Positions 9,279 to 19,600 are shown, counted from the first letter of the stretch. The stretch is 64,000 bases of DNA from Candidatus Avelusimicrobium gallinaceum (GCA_944324965.1 CALUYH010000001.1:42816-106815), one strand, 5' to 3'. The notes: a model not told the origin generated them from the sequence alone. Numbers and translations are program-made.

Positions 9279-9794
9279 ATGCGCAAAAGCTATCAAAAAC
9301 CTCTCCCGGCGGGGAAAAACGCCGGATTCACGCTTATAGAGTTGCTAGTTGTGGTGTTAATCATCGGTATTTTGGCGGCCATTGCGCTGCCGCAATACGA
9401 AAAAGCCGTCGCCAAGGCCCGCATGACGGAAGGCATAATGGCCGTGGAAGAAATCGCCCGCGCCAACCGGATGTACTATATGGCGAACGGGCAATATAGC
9501 CGAGACATCAACGATTTGGACGTTTCTTATACCGGCAACGGCGTGTACGGAAACAGCATTCCCGCCAATATAGGCAAGAATTTTATTTTTACCGCCTCCG
9601 CCTGGGGGAGAAATGATATGGTTGCTTTAGTCAGCCGCCGTGCAAACGATCAAGACACCAGCGGAGAAAAAGTATATTCCCTGGCTATTGATAAAAACGG
9701 CAACCGAGTCTGTGCACTGTACGGCAAAGCCACCGCCTACGAGCGCCAATTGTGCACCGAATGGGCCGCCGGCGGAAATGTGTGGCAGTATTAA
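9279..9794 (+). CDS. Type IV pilin (PilE-like), copy 2
   Basis: AG|[24 protein letters not shown]. Confidence 0.92.
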   Translation: MRKSYQKPLPAGKNAGFTLIELLVVVLIIGILAAIALPQYEKAVAKARMTEGIMAVEEIARANRMYYMANGQYSRDINDLDVSYTGNGVYGNSIPANIGKNFIFTASAWGRNDMVALVSRRANDQDTSGEKVYSLAIDKNGNRVCALYGKATAYERQLCTEWAAGGNVWQY

Positions 9795-9805
9795 TTTACA
9801 AACGT

Positions 9806-9839
9806 AAAAAACCCCGCTTCCAACAAAGCGGGGTTTTTT
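9806..9839. terminator. Bidirectional terminator
   Basis: AAAAAACCCCGCTT...AAGCGGGGTTTTTT. Confidence 0.85.
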
Positions 9840-9851
9840 GCGGTCTTAAAA

Positions 9852-12215
9852 CTATTTGTCTAACTGTTGGGCCGGTTTTTTGCTGGATAAAATCGCCCAG
9901 CTCAGTACCGCCAGCAGCACAATGACAATCACCCATCCGAGTTTGCCCAAGGGGGTAAAGTCGTTGTGGTAGTTCACGATGATCGGCGCCACGATGACGG
10001 CCACCATATTGACTACTTTAATCAGCGGGTTCACCGCCGGGCCGGCCGTATCTTTTAACGGGTCGCCCACGGTGTCGCCCACCACACTGGCTTTGTGGCG
10101 TTCGGACCCTTTTCCGGTGTTGGCGGCAATGTCGGAGGGTTCGTCTTCCACCACTTTTTTGGCGTTATCCCACGCGCCGCCGGCGTTGGACATAAACACT
10201 GCCAAGAGCTGCCCGGATACGATAATCCCGGCCAGGAACCCGCCCAAGGCTTCCACGCCAAACGCCAGGCCCACGACCACGGGGGACACAATCCCCAACA
10301 GGGCCAAAATAACCAGTTCTTTTTGCGCCGCGATGGTGGAAATGTTCACCGCGCGGGTATAGTCGGGCTTGGCCTTGCCTTCCAGCACGCCGCCTTTAAA
10401 CTGCCGGCGTACTTCCTGCACAATAAGCGCAGCCGCGCGGCTGACGGCGTTAATCGCAAACGACGAGAACAGCCACGGCAAAGCGCCGCCAATCAGCATC
10501 CCCACAAACACAACGGGGTTGGATACCACAATCCCCACCTGCGACAGCAAAGTAAGCACTTTGGCTTCGCCGGCTGCGGCCCACGCGTCGTTTAACAGCC
10601 GCTGCACGTTGCTTACGTCCACCATATAGGACGCAAACAGCGATACGGCCGCAATCACGGCAGAGCCGATGGCCACCCCTTTGGTGATGGCTTTGGTGGT
10701 GTTGCCCACACCGTCCAAGTCGGCCATAATTTGGCGGGCTTTTTTGGTTTCTTCGTCGTTTTGGCCGTGCCAGGACATTTCGCCAATGCCGTTGGCGTTA
10801 TCGGCAATCGGGCCGAAGGAGTCCATGGCTACGTTGTTGCCGGTCAGCGTCAGCATGCCGATACCGGTCATCGCTACGCCGTAGAGGATGAAGTTGAACT
10901 TTTCGGACGGGGTCAAACCGTCAATCGTGCCGAAAATCACCACGGAGCAGAAGATGGACGCCGCAATCACGAGCGTAGTCCACACCGCCGATTCAAACCC
11001 CACGGCAATACCGGACAGAATGGTTGTGGCCGAGCCGGTGGCCGTGGATTTTTTGATTTCCTGCACGGGTTTGTTTTCCGTGCCGGTAAAGTATTCGGTC
11101 AAGCGGTCAATGATAATCGCCAGCAAAATACCGATGGTGGTGGCCGCAAACGGTCTCCACCAGCCGCCGGGCACGTCGGTCATATAGTAGTAGGCCAACA
11201 CGCCAAAGATGATGACGGAAATGGCCGCGGAAATGCTGTACCCTTTAAAAATGGCTTTCATCGCGTTGCCGGCGGTGCGTTTGGAATCTTTCACCGCGTA
11301 GGTGCCGATGATGGAGCACAGCACACCAATACCGCGCACCAAGAGCGGATAGACAATCCATTCGTGGTGGCCGGTAATGCGCCACAGGCCGATACCCAAA
11401 ATCAAGCCGGATACGATGGTGACTTCGTAAGATTCAAAAATATCCGCCGCCATACCGGCGCAGTCGCCCACGTTGTCGCCCACCAAGTCGGCCACGACGG
11501 CCGGGTTGCGCGGGTCGTCTTCCGGGATGCCCGCTTCCACTTTGCCCACCAGGTCGGCCCCTACGTCAGCCGCTTTGGTGTAAATGCCGCCGCCCACGCG
11601 CATAAACAGCGCCAACAGCGTACCGCCGAAGCCAAACCCTAATAACGCATCCGGCGCGGCAATGCCAAAAATGATAAAAATGACCGTTCCGCCCAACAGG
11701 CCCAAGCCGTCGGTCAGCATACCGGTCACGGTGCCGGCGCGGTAAGCAATGCGCAAGGCGTCGCCAAAGCTGCGTTTAGAGGCGGCCGCCACGCGTACGT
11801 TGGCGTCCACGGCAATACGCATCCCCAGCTGCCCTACTAACAGCGAGAACACCGCACCCAAAATAAACGCACCTGCCCGCCCGAAAGCGGCGATGAGTTT
11901 TACGGTTTCGGGGCTTAACCCGGCAAAGCGTTCCATAGAGTCCTGCGACACCGGAACGATGTACACCGATAAGAACAGACAAACCGTTAACAAGCCGATA
12001 AGCGGCAGAATGGTTTTTAACTGTCTTTTGAGATAGGCGTTTGCGCCTTCCCGGATGGCGCCCCATACTTTTTGCATTTCGGGGGTGCCGGCATCTTCGC
12101 GGATGACCTGCTTGCGCAGGAACAACGCATATAAAAGCCCTAACACCGCAATAAACAATACGCCAAACAGCGCATATTGCTCAAAGGGTCTTAGGGAGGC
12201 TATTCCGTACCACAT
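9852..12215 (-). CDS. hppA: Membrane-bound ion-translocating pyrophosphatase, K+-independent signature
   Basis: DVGADLVGKVE, DNVGD, GGAWDNAKK and GDTVGDPLKDT motifs; GNTTK carries Lys at the K+-dependence site. Confidence 0.95.
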   Translation of the reverse strand: MWYGIASLRPFEQYALFGVLFIAVLGLLYALFLRKQVIREDAGTPEMQKVWGAIREGANAYLKRQLKTILPLIGLLTVCLFLSVYIVPVSQDSMERFAGLSPETVKLIAAFGRAGAFILGAVFSLLVGQLGMRIAVDANVRVAAASKRSFGDALRIAYRAGTVTGMLTDGLGLLGGTVIFIIFGIAAPDALLGFGFGGTLLALFMRVGGGIYTKAADVGADLVGKVEAGIPEDDPRNPAVVADLVGDNVGDCAGMAADIFESYEVTIVSGLILGIGLWRITGHHEWIVYPLLVRGIGVLCSIIGTYAVKDSKRTAGNAMKAIFKGYSISAAISVIIFGVLAYYYMTDVPGGWWRPFAATTIGILLAIIIDRLTEYFTGTENKPVQEIKKSTATGSATTILSGIAVGFESAVWTTLVIAASIFCSVVIFGTIDGLTPSEKFNFILYGVAMTGIGMLTLTGNNVAMDSFGPIADNANGIGEMSWHGQNDEETKKARQIMADLDGVGNTTKAITKGVAIGSAVIAAVSLFASYMVDVSNVQRLLNDAWAAAGEAKVLTLLSQVGIVVSNPVVFVGMLIGGALPWLFSSFAINAVSRAAALIVQEVRRQFKGGVLEGKAKPDYTRAVNISTIAAQKELVILALLGIVSPVVVGLAFGVEALGGFLAGIIVSGQLLAVFMSNAGGAWDNAKKVVEDEPSDIAANTGKGSERHKASVVGDTVGDPLKDTAGPAVNPLIKVVNMVAVIVAPIIVNYHNDFTPLGKLGWVIVIVLLAVLSWAILSSKKPAQQLDK

Positions 12216-12367
12216 GTGGCAATCTCCTTTATTACAATGGTAAAACGTCCCCTATATTATAATAAAAATCCGGCGCAAGGTAGCTCTTTTCTTCTGGGTC
12301 TTTTGTCCCCTGGAAACAGGGCCTTTTGGCCCTGGTTGGTAAAATGGCATTTTTTTATACTTTATAT

Positions 12368-13585
12368 ATGGGATACTTAAAACGTTTGTGCATCGGTTTG
12401 CTGTTGGTTGCTGTATGCGGTTCGGCCCTTCCGGCTGCGCCGTTAACCCCTTTTTTGACTCAAATTTCCAAAAATGTGCGCCGCTCGGCTATCGTCCGTC
12501 AGAATCCGGGGATGAACCGTATGCGCTGGATGCGCTTTTATTTCCCGAGCACAACAGTGGCCCGGCAGGACGGCGTGTGGGAAAAACTTTACCACGCCTT
12601 TAATTCCAAAGACGAACAGCGAGCCGTGGCGTTTTATCTGTATCAAATGTACGTTTCCGCCGCGGCTTACGGGCAAATGCCCAGCGGCGAATTGACGATT
12701 AATCAGCTGGGGGTATTGGACGGGCTGGAAAAACTGACGACTTCGTTTGACGTGCGCGACGTGCAGGAGTTTTACCAAGACAACAAACCCGAAATCAAAG
12801 CCTGGCTGAAACAATTTTTTGATAAAGTGGGCCTGCGCGGATACCGCACCAACGACCCGCGCAACGACGTGGCCGAACGGCGGTTCTTGCAAATTTTGGC
12901 AAACAGCGCAGACGGCCGCGGCCGGGCGTGCTATCTGGTGGCGGCTCCTAAATGGAAATCCGCCCTGCGGGCGCAGGATATCGCCTGGCTGACCCGGGTG
13001 CAGCAAAGCACCGAACAGGACATCGGCCAAAAAGTAGCGCTGTACAAAGTGCCGAAAGCCACCCTGTCCGTGCTTGATAAACGCATCGGAAATAAAGGGA
13101 GCGGGCAGATGGCGTATTTGTTCCGCCCCGCCGGGCAGGAGTGTGCCGCCCGGGCCTATTTAACGGGCAGCGGCCTGTGCCGGCAGATGAAAGGGCAGCC
13201 CTCCCAGGAGCGGCGGCTTTCGCGCATTTATCAACTGCATTTGGAGCCCACCGATAAAGAATTTTTGAAACCGGCCCGCGGGAACCGTTTTCGTGCCCCG
13301 AACGGTAAAGTATATCCGGATTGGTACTATCACGAGGCTGTTTTGGTGGTGTTGCATCATGCCAACCAATACACGCCGGTGGTGTTGGATAAATTCTTGT
13401 CCGATAAACCGATTGTGCTGGAAAAATGGCTGGCCTATTTTAACCCGAGAACGACGCTTATTTACGCTTCGCCTTTTCAACGCTGGGAGGAAACGGAATC
13501 CAGCCTGGTCCGCCCGGACCGGACCAGCCAAAAAGGTATTTGGAAAAACGGCCGGCTGTATCGCCCGTACCCGGTAGACGAGTGA
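12368..13585 (+). CDS. Secreted protein with a C-terminal protein-glutamine glutaminase-like domain
   Basis: Signal peptide; ECAARA, WYYHEAVLV and VLDKFL..PI..W resemble the protein-glutaminase Cys-His-Asp motifs. Confidence 0.6.
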   Translation: MGYLKRLCIGLLLVAVCGSALPAAPLTPFLTQISKNVRRSAIVRQNPGMNRMRWMRFYFPSTTVARQDGVWEKLYHAFNSKDEQRAVAFYLYQMYVSAAAYGQMPSGELTINQLGVLDGLEKLTTSFDVRDVQEFYQDNKPEIKAWLKQFFDKVGLRGYRTNDPRNDVAERRFLQILANSADGRGRACYLVAAPKWKSALRAQDIAWLTRVQQSTEQDIGQKVALYKVPKATLSVLDKRIGNKGSGQMAYLFRPAGQECAARAYLTGSGLCRQMKGQPSQERRLSRIYQLHLEPTDKEFLKPARGNRFRAPNGKVYPDWYYHEAVLVVLHHANQYTPVVLDKFLSDKPIVLEKWLAYFNPRTTLIYASPFQRWEETESSLVRPDRTSQKGIWKNGRLYRPYPVDE

Positions 13586-13587
13586 GC

Positions 13588-14892
13588 TTAAAACTTCCCG
13601 CCGAACACAAACCCGATTTGATTGCTTCCGTCCTGTAAGTTATGGGTGTAGTTTATCCCAAACGGGAACGGGAAACGCCACAGCTTGTAGGAAAGCGTCG
13701 CCCCGGCCCCGCTGTGGGGGCGGTAGCGTCCGCCCGTGTGGACGTAGGCAATTTCGTAAAACGGTGCGGCCGACAAAAGGCCCGTTTCATTGCGGAGCAG
13801 ATAGTAGATAAACGATACGGCTGCACCCATGCCGCGCGTGCCGCGCAAGCGGCGGTCGTAGCGGCCGAGGCCGCTTAATAAATCGGTGGAAAAAACTTCC
13901 TCGCTGAACGGGGAATTGAACGCGTCCTGCGCGCGCAGTTCCGCTACCAGCATATGACGGCTTTTTAATTCCAACACCCACGCCCCTTCCACGCCCAATT
14001 TGGAAATATGATAATCGCTGCCGCTAAAGCGCCCGCCCGCCGTGTAAAACAGGTTGGCCGCATAGCCTTGGCGGGCGTGCGGCAAGTTTTGCAGGCTTTT
14101 TTTCTTGTCCGTCAGCCCGTAGCCGGATAACGCCCCCATATTGGCGCCTTTTCTTCGGTCGTCCGTTACACGCAGGCCGAGGGTGATTTGGTTGTGGTTT
14201 CCGCCGTCAAAGCGGTCTTGCCCATACGTGTAGCGCACATATTCCGGGCGAATAAACGCCCGCACCGTGCGCGAAAGGCGGCGCATATACGTAAGGGTGA
14301 TTTTTTCCTGCCGGGTGTGTACCTGGTCCAACAGGCTGGAGGCGTATTCGTCTTCATCGTCGGTGGTGGAAAACACGCCAAACGTATTGCTCCAGCCGTT
14401 TTGGTAGAAACGTTGGTCCACGTTGAGTTTGGTGTAGTTAAGTGACAAAAAATTGTTGCCCAGGCTTACGCCCGCCATCGTGCTGATGCCGTCCGAACTG
14501 CCGCCCACAAAAAAGAAGGAGCTTTCCCCTTGCTTAAATAAATTGCCTGCCGCCAGCGAAAGGGCCGCCGCGCTTTTTTTGCCGCCGGCCGCAAACGCCA
14601 GCGGAAAAATGTAATAGCCGTCCTGGGCGTTGATAAAGATATCGGTTTTGTCGTCTTGCGTGCGGGTGGAAAAGTCCAGCTTTTTAAATACGCGCAAGTC
14701 GTGCAAATCGTCTTGCGCCTGTTCGTAGCGGTCAGGGGTGAACACGTCGCCGGGTTTTAATAAAAAACGTTTTTGCAGGGTGGCCGGGCTCATCCGCGTG
14801 GCGGTGGCGTGCACCTGGCCGACGGTTTGCGTTTGCGCGGCGGAACACACGGCCCAGCCGAAGCAGCATAGCAGCAAAAGGGCTTTTTTCAT
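13588..14892 (-). CDS. Omp85/TamA-like outer-membrane protein (one POTRA-like domain plus barrel)
   Basis: Signal peptide; LLKPGDVF..L..LRVF POTRA pattern; GNLF; terminal Phe. Confidence 0.7.
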   Translation of the reverse strand: MKKALLLLCCFGWAVCSAAQTQTVGQVHATATRMSPATLQKRFLLKPGDVFTPDRYEQAQDDLHDLRVFKKLDFSTRTQDDKTDIFINAQDGYYIFPLAFAAGGKKSAAALSLAAGNLFKQGESSFFFVGGSSDGISTMAGVSLGNNFLSLNYTKLNVDQRFYQNGWSNTFGVFSTTDDEDEYASSLLDQVHTRQEKITLTYMRRLSRTVRAFIRPEYVRYTYGQDRFDGGNHNQITLGLRVTDDRRKGANMGALSGYGLTDKKKSLQNLPHARQGYAANLFYTAGGRFSGSDYHISKLGVEGAWVLELKSRHMLVAELRAQDAFNSPFSEEVFSTDLLSGLGRYDRRLRGTRGMGAAVSFIYYLLRNETGLLSAAPFYEIAYVHTGGRYRPHSGAGATLSYKLWRFPFPFGINYTHNLQDGSNQIGFVFGGKF

Positions 14893-15028
14893 ACTTGTAA
14901 ATTATAACTTTTTGGCTGATGTTCCCGACGGAATGTTTTGCATTAGTTGGCGGCGGGCGCGGTTTTGTTATAATATAAAAAACTTTTAGCAGGCGCCGGG
15001 CACAGCCCCGGGGCCGGACGGAGGGCGT

Positions 15029-15517
15029 ATGGCAAGACGCGACAAAACAAATTATTACCTGGACTTGGCGGACGTCGTTTCCCAGCGGGGCACTTGTCTG
15101 CGCCGCCGTTACGGCGCCGTGATTGTAAAGAACGACGAGGTGATTTCCACCGGCTATGTGGGGGCCCCGCGCGGACGCAAAAATTGCAGTGATTTGGGCT
15201 ATTGCATCCGCCAGCAGTTAAACATTCCCCGCGGCGAGCGCTACGAATTGTGCCGCAGCGTACATGCCGAAGCCAACGCCATCATCAGCGCCCCGCGCGA
15301 CAAAATGCTGGGCGCCACGCTGTACTTGTCCGGGCGGGAAGTGTCCACCAACGAGTTCATCCAAAATTCCAACAGTTGCTCCATGTGCAAACGAATGATT
15401 ATCAACGCCGGCATTAAAAACGTCATCGTGCGCGACACGCACGACACCTACCGCGAAATTAACGTGCAGGATTGGGTTGATAACGACGAATCGTTGGCCG
15501 GCCAGCGCGGCTATTAG
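15029..15517 (+). CDS. dCMP deaminase family protein
   Basis: RGTCLRR, VHAEANAII and CSMC zinc motif. Confidence 0.9.
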   Translation: MARRDKTNYYLDLADVVSQRGTCLRRRYGAVIVKNDEVISTGYVGAPRGRKNCSDLGYCIRQQLNIPRGERYELCRSVHAEANAIISAPRDKMLGATLYLSGREVSTNEFIQNSNSCSMCKRMIINAGIKNVIVRDTHDTYREINVQDWVDNDESLAGQRGY

Positions 15518-15622
15518 CGGCAGCCCGACAGAAGTATTTAAAAAAAACGCCCCGCTTATAAAAGCGGGACGTTTTGAAAGAAGGGCAAAAAAATCCCGCC
15601 TTGCGGCGGGTATTTTTTCAAA

Positions 15623-15700
15623 TGGCGGAGTCGACGAGATTCGAACTCGCGGTCTCTGCCTTGACAGGGCAGCGTGTTAACCAGGCTACACCACGACTCC
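15623..15700 (-). tRNA. tRNA-Asp(GTC)
   Basis: Cloverleaf GGAGTCG...CGACTCC-G-CCA; anticodon loop CTGTCAA; TTCGAAT T-loop. Confidence 0.95.
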
Positions 15701-15784
15701 ATTGTTTCTTGCTACAGATATATTTTAGCTTAATTTCTAGCGCCGCGTCAATAAATTTTAAACGGCGCGTTTTGTATAGGGGAA

Positions 15785-16684
15785 TTAATCAAAATTCCCC
15801 CACAAAATTTGCTCCAATTCCAATTCCACCCCGTGCTTTTCCTTCACTTTTTGGCGCACTTGGTCCATCAGGGTTTTGATGTCCTGCGGCGTGGCGTGGT
15901 TGAAATTGATGATAAACCCGGCGTGCTTTTCCGACACTTTGGCCCCGCCCACGGAAAGGCCGCGCAGGCCGGTGTCGTCAATCAGGCGGGAGGCATAGTC
16001 GTTGGCCGGGCGCTTGAACACGCTGCCCGCGGAGGGATAATCCAGCGGCTGTTTTTCCATCCGTTTGTGCAGCACGGTGTTGCGGGTTTCAATCAGCTGG
16101 GCAAAGTTGCCTTTTTGCAATTTAAACCCGGCCGAAAGGATAATCAAATCCTGTATGCCTTCCACTTTGCGGTAGGCGTGTTTGACGTCTTCTTTTAACA
16201 GGGTGGCCGGGCGGCCTTCGCGGTCAATGACGTCAAAATACTCCAAGCAGTCAAACGTTTCCTGGCCGAACGCGCCCGCGTTCATATAGACGGCCCCGCC
16301 GATGCTGCCGGGAATACCGGACAGTTTTTCCATCCCCGCCAGGCCCGCCTCGCAGGCGAGCTCGCAGGCTTTGTCCAGCGCGGCGCCTGCTTCGGCTTTC
16401 ACATGTTCCCCGTCCACGCTCACGTGGTTCATCCGTTTGGTGGAGCACGTAATCCCGCCGATGCCTTTGCCGCTTACCAAGATGTTGGAGCCAAAGCCGA
16501 TGATACGCAGCGGAATGTTTTGCGTTTGGGCCAGTTTCAGCACAAAGCTCCATTCCTCCCGCGTTTGCGGGTATACGTACACTTCGGCCTTGCCGCCGGT
16601 GCGGTACGTGGTGTGCCGCGCCATCGGTTCGTCCAACAGGCAGTTTTCGCCAAAGAAATTTTTGAGTTCTGCTTTGTAATCCAT
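15785..16684 (-). CDS. murB: UDP-N-acetylmuramate dehydrogenase
   Basis: HTTYRTGG, GSNIL, GIPGSIGGAVYMNAGA, SAGSVFK and KHAGFIIN motifs. Confidence 0.95.
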   Translation of the reverse strand: MDYKAELKNFFGENCLLDEPMARHTTYRTGGKAEVYVYPQTREEWSFVLKLAQTQNIPLRIIGFGSNILVSGKGIGGITCSTKRMNHVSVDGEHVKAEAGAALDKACELACEAGLAGMEKLSGIPGSIGGAVYMNAGAFGQETFDCLEYFDVIDREGRPATLLKEDVKHAYRKVEGIQDLIILSAGFKLQKGNFAQLIETRNTVLHKRMEKQPLDYPSAGSVFKRPANDYASRLIDDTGLRGLSVGGAKVSEKHAGFIINFNHATPQDIKTLMDQVRQKVKEKHGVELELEQILWGNFD

Positions 16685-16698
16685 ACCGTTACCGGGCT

Positions 16699-17397
16699 CT
16701 AAAAGTTAAGCCCTAACCCGCCCTGCAGCGCGTGGCTGGAGGACGTTTTGGTGTAGGCCGCAAACATATACACAAACGGGAACGGTTTTACGTTCACGCC
16801 GGCGGTGTAGCGCACGTCCCCGTCCGACGTGGAGCGGGAAGGCAAAATGTCCTTTGTTTCCAGTTCGCCGTAGTCGTACCCGATGCCCACGTACGGGGTT
16901 AAAAAGAGTACGTTCATGGAAGCCACGGCCGAAAGAGAATAGTGGTCCGTAGTGTACCAATCGGTGGAGCCGCGGTCGTAAAACCCGCCCAACGAAACGT
17001 GAATCGTGTCCAGCAGGCCGAAATTGTATTTTAAGCCGCCGCCCAACGATTTAAAACCGTTCATATCGGTTCCGCGCACAACGACGCCCAAATCCAGCAC
17101 CGGGATTTTAGTTTCCGCGGTGATAAAACCCGTGTAAAGGTAATCGTCCGAGGTGATATTGTTGTTGGAGGACGGTTTAATGGCGCTAACAGTGGCGCCG
17201 ATATCAAACCCGGGGAAAGAGGTGCCTTTTCCGGTGTGGAAATCCGCCACGCCGATTAACGCGTTGATGTCTTTGTTATAGGCAGACAGGTCCGAAGTCG
17301 CACGGTAATGCGCGCGGAAATCGTCTGCGATGTTAGCGGCGGAAGCAACTCCCGCCAGGCAGCATAAGCTGAGCACTGCGGCAAAGATTTTTTTCAT
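16699..17397 (-). CDS. Outer-membrane beta-barrel protein
   Basis: Signal peptide; alternating beta-strand pattern; PYVGIG; C-terminal GLGLNF. Confidence 0.7.
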   Translation of the reverse strand: MKKIFAAVLSLCCLAGVASAANIADDFRAHYRATSDLSAYNKDINALIGVADFHTGKGTSFPGFDIGATVSAIKPSSNNNITSDDYLYTGFITAETKIPVLDLGVVVRGTDMNGFKSLGGGLKYNFGLLDTIHVSLGGFYDRGSTDWYTTDHYSLSAVASMNVLFLTPYVGIGYDYGELETKDILPSRSTSDGDVRYTAGVNVKPFPFVYMFAAYTKTSSSHALQGGLGLNF

Positions 17398-17546
17398 AGG
17401 TCTCCGTTGCGAAATCGCAAGATATATAATATCATAAAAAAAGACGGGGGGATACGCAATCCGCCCGTTGGGGGAACTGATTTTATTTGAGCCGTATAGG
17501 AGAATCTATGGTAAGCGAACTAGCTGGAACGTTAACGACACAAAAA

Positions 17547-19052
17547 ATGGATACGGAAAAGCTGAAAAACGAATTTTTCCACCCTTCTGCTGCGCCTGTG
17601 CCGGTGAAATTCGGTACCTCCGGGCACCGGGGCACGTTGGGGGCTGGGTTTTGTGCGCTGCACGCCCGGGCAATTGCCCAAGCGGTGGCCCGCTTGCATA
17701 AAGAACAAAATTTAACGGGCCCTGTTTTGGTGGGGGGCGATACGCGCCTGATGTCGGCCGAAACGGCGCGCCTGTGTACCGAAGTGCTGGCCGGGAACGG
17801 CCTGCCGGTTATCTTGCCCGATATGCCGCTGCCCACGCCGGTGTTCTCTTTTGAAATTCTAAACGGCCGCGCGTGTGCCTCGTTAAACGGTACCGCCAGC
17901 CACAACCCGCCCCAGGATATGGGTTTAAAATACAACCCGTCCACCGGCGGCCCGGCGGACGCGGCCCTTACCGCGCAAATTGGAAAATACGCCAACGAAT
18001 ATATGGCCCACCCGGACCAAATTAAATCCGTCCCGCTGGACGAAGCCCGCAAACAGGGGCTGGTCCGCACGGGCGATTTGGTGACCCCGTACGTAACGGC
18101 CCTGGCCAAATTTATTGATTTTAAAGCCATTGCCGCCTCGCCCAAAAAATTTGCCGTGCACCCGTTGGGCGGCAGCAGCTTGGCTTTTTATCAGGCCATT
18201 AAAGAAAAATACGGCCTGAAAAATATGGATATCGTCAGCACGGTGCAGGACCCGACGTTCTATTTTATTCCCATAGACCACGACGGGAAAATCCGCATGG
18301 ACCCGTCTTCCAAATATCCGATGTCGCCGCTTATCAAACTGGTGCAGGACGGTACTTACGATTTTGCCGGCGCCAGCGACCCGGACGCCGACCGCTTCGG
18401 CTGCGCCACCAAACAAGGGGGGCTCATTTCGCCCAACCACGCCTTGTGCGTGATGGCGGATTATTTGTACCGCCACCACAAAGTGCGCGACGCCTACGCC
18501 ATCGGCCGCACGCTGGGCACGACTGCCCTGCTGGACCGCATTGCCGCCGCCTACAAACTGCGCTTGGACGAAGTAAACGTGGGCTTTAAGTATTTTGTGG
18601 AAGGCATCATCAAACGCAAATACGTTTTGGCGGGCGAAGAAAGCGCCGGGATGTCCGTCAGCGGTTGGACGACGGAAAAAGACGGCATTTTTGCCGTGTG
18701 CCTGCTAATGGAAATTATGGCGGTGGAAGGCGATATCGCCGCGTTGTACGACCGCCTGACCAAGCTCTACGGCACCCCGTACTACACGCGCGTGGACGTG
18801 CCCACCGACGAAGAAACCAAAAAACGCATCAAATCGCTCAAGGCGGAGAATTTTGAAAACCTCCACCAGGTGGCGGGGGAAAAAGTCACCCGCGTGCGCG
18901 ATACGGACGGCATAAAAGTCTATCTGCAAAGTTCGTGGTTTTTGGTGCGCCCTTCCGGCACGGAAAACATCTTAAAAATCTATGCCGAAACGTTCATCGG
19001 CCCCAAACACTTGGAAACGCTGATTGAACAAGCCCAGCGGTTGCTGGCCTAA
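17547..19052 (+). CDS. pgm: Phosphoglucomutase (start uncertain)
   Basis: FGTSGHRG, TASHNP, DPDADR, GEESAG and RPSGTE motifs. Confidence 0.88.
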   Translation: MDTEKLKNEFFHPSAAPVPVKFGTSGHRGTLGAGFCALHARAIAQAVARLHKEQNLTGPVLVGGDTRLMSAETARLCTEVLAGNGLPVILPDMPLPTPVFSFEILNGRACASLNGTASHNPPQDMGLKYNPSTGGPADAALTAQIGKYANEYMAHPDQIKSVPLDEARKQGLVRTGDLVTPYVTALAKFIDFKAIAASPKKFAVHPLGGSSLAFYQAIKEKYGLKNMDIVSTVQDPTFYFIPIDHDGKIRMDPSSKYPMSPLIKLVQDGTYDFAGASDPDADRFGCATKQGGLISPNHALCVMADYLYRHHKVRDAYAIGRTLGTTALLDRIAAAYKLRLDEVNVGFKYFVEGIIKRKYVLAGEESAGMSVSGWTTEKDGIFAVCLLMEIMAVEGDIAALYDRLTKLYGTPYYTRVDVPTDEETKKRIKSLKAENFENLHQVAGEKVTRVRDTDGIKVYLQSSWFLVRPSGTENILKIYAETFIGPKHLETLIEQAQRLLA

Positions 19053-19176
19053 TGCAAACGGTTTTGCAAAAAGGCGGGGAATAGAAAACCCCGCCTTTTT
19101 TGTGGTATTCCAAAACCGGGGCGGCCGCTTGTGGCCCCGAACCGGGCGGGCAGGAGAAATGATAAAATATACATAT

Positions 19177-19539
19177 ATGATGAATTTTATTTATGTGGGA
19201 TTGGGCGGTTTTGTGGGGGCGGCGCTGCGCTACGGCGTAAGCGCGGGCACGGCACTGCTGCTGTGGCGCGGCCATTGGGCCACGCTTGCCGTGAATGTGC
19301 TGGGTAGTTTGGCCATCGGATTTTTAGCCCCGTATTTTGACAATCCTTCCCACCCGGCGCGGCTGTTTTTGGTGGTGGGCGTGCTGGGCGGATTTACCAC
19401 ATTTTCCTCGTTTTCGCTGGATACGCTTTCGCTGTACCACAACCGGGAATTTTTCCTGGCGGCGTGCAATGTGCTGCTAAACGTACTGGTCTGTTTGGCG
19501 GCCGTGTGGGCCGGGTTTCGGCTGCATCACGCTTTATAA
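19177..19539 (+). CDS. crcB: Fluoride efflux channel CrcB/FluC
   Basis: GGFVGAALRY, TLAVNVLGS and GGFTTFSSF motifs. Confidence 0.92.
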   Translation: MMNFIYVGLGGFVGAALRYGVSAGTALLLWRGHWATLAVNVLGSLAIGFLAPYFDNPSHPARLFLVVGVLGGFTTFSSFSLDTLSLYHNREFFLAACNVLLNVLVCLAAVWAGFRLHHAL

Positions 19540-19551
19540 TAAGGAATGCAT

Positions 19552-19586
19552 AAAAAACCCCGCTTCATCGGAAGCGGGGTTTTTTT
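19552..19586. terminator. Bidirectional terminator
   Basis: AAAAAACCCCGCTTC...GAAGCGGGGTTTTTT. Confidence 0.85.
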
Positions 19587-19600
19587 GTCGGTACAAAAAA

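Noticed and set aside
19053-19176. Fluoride riboswitch upstream of crcB
   Set aside because: No GGCGATGG..GCC..GCTGATGAC-type consensus; only a terminator hairpin and a promoter-like stretch.
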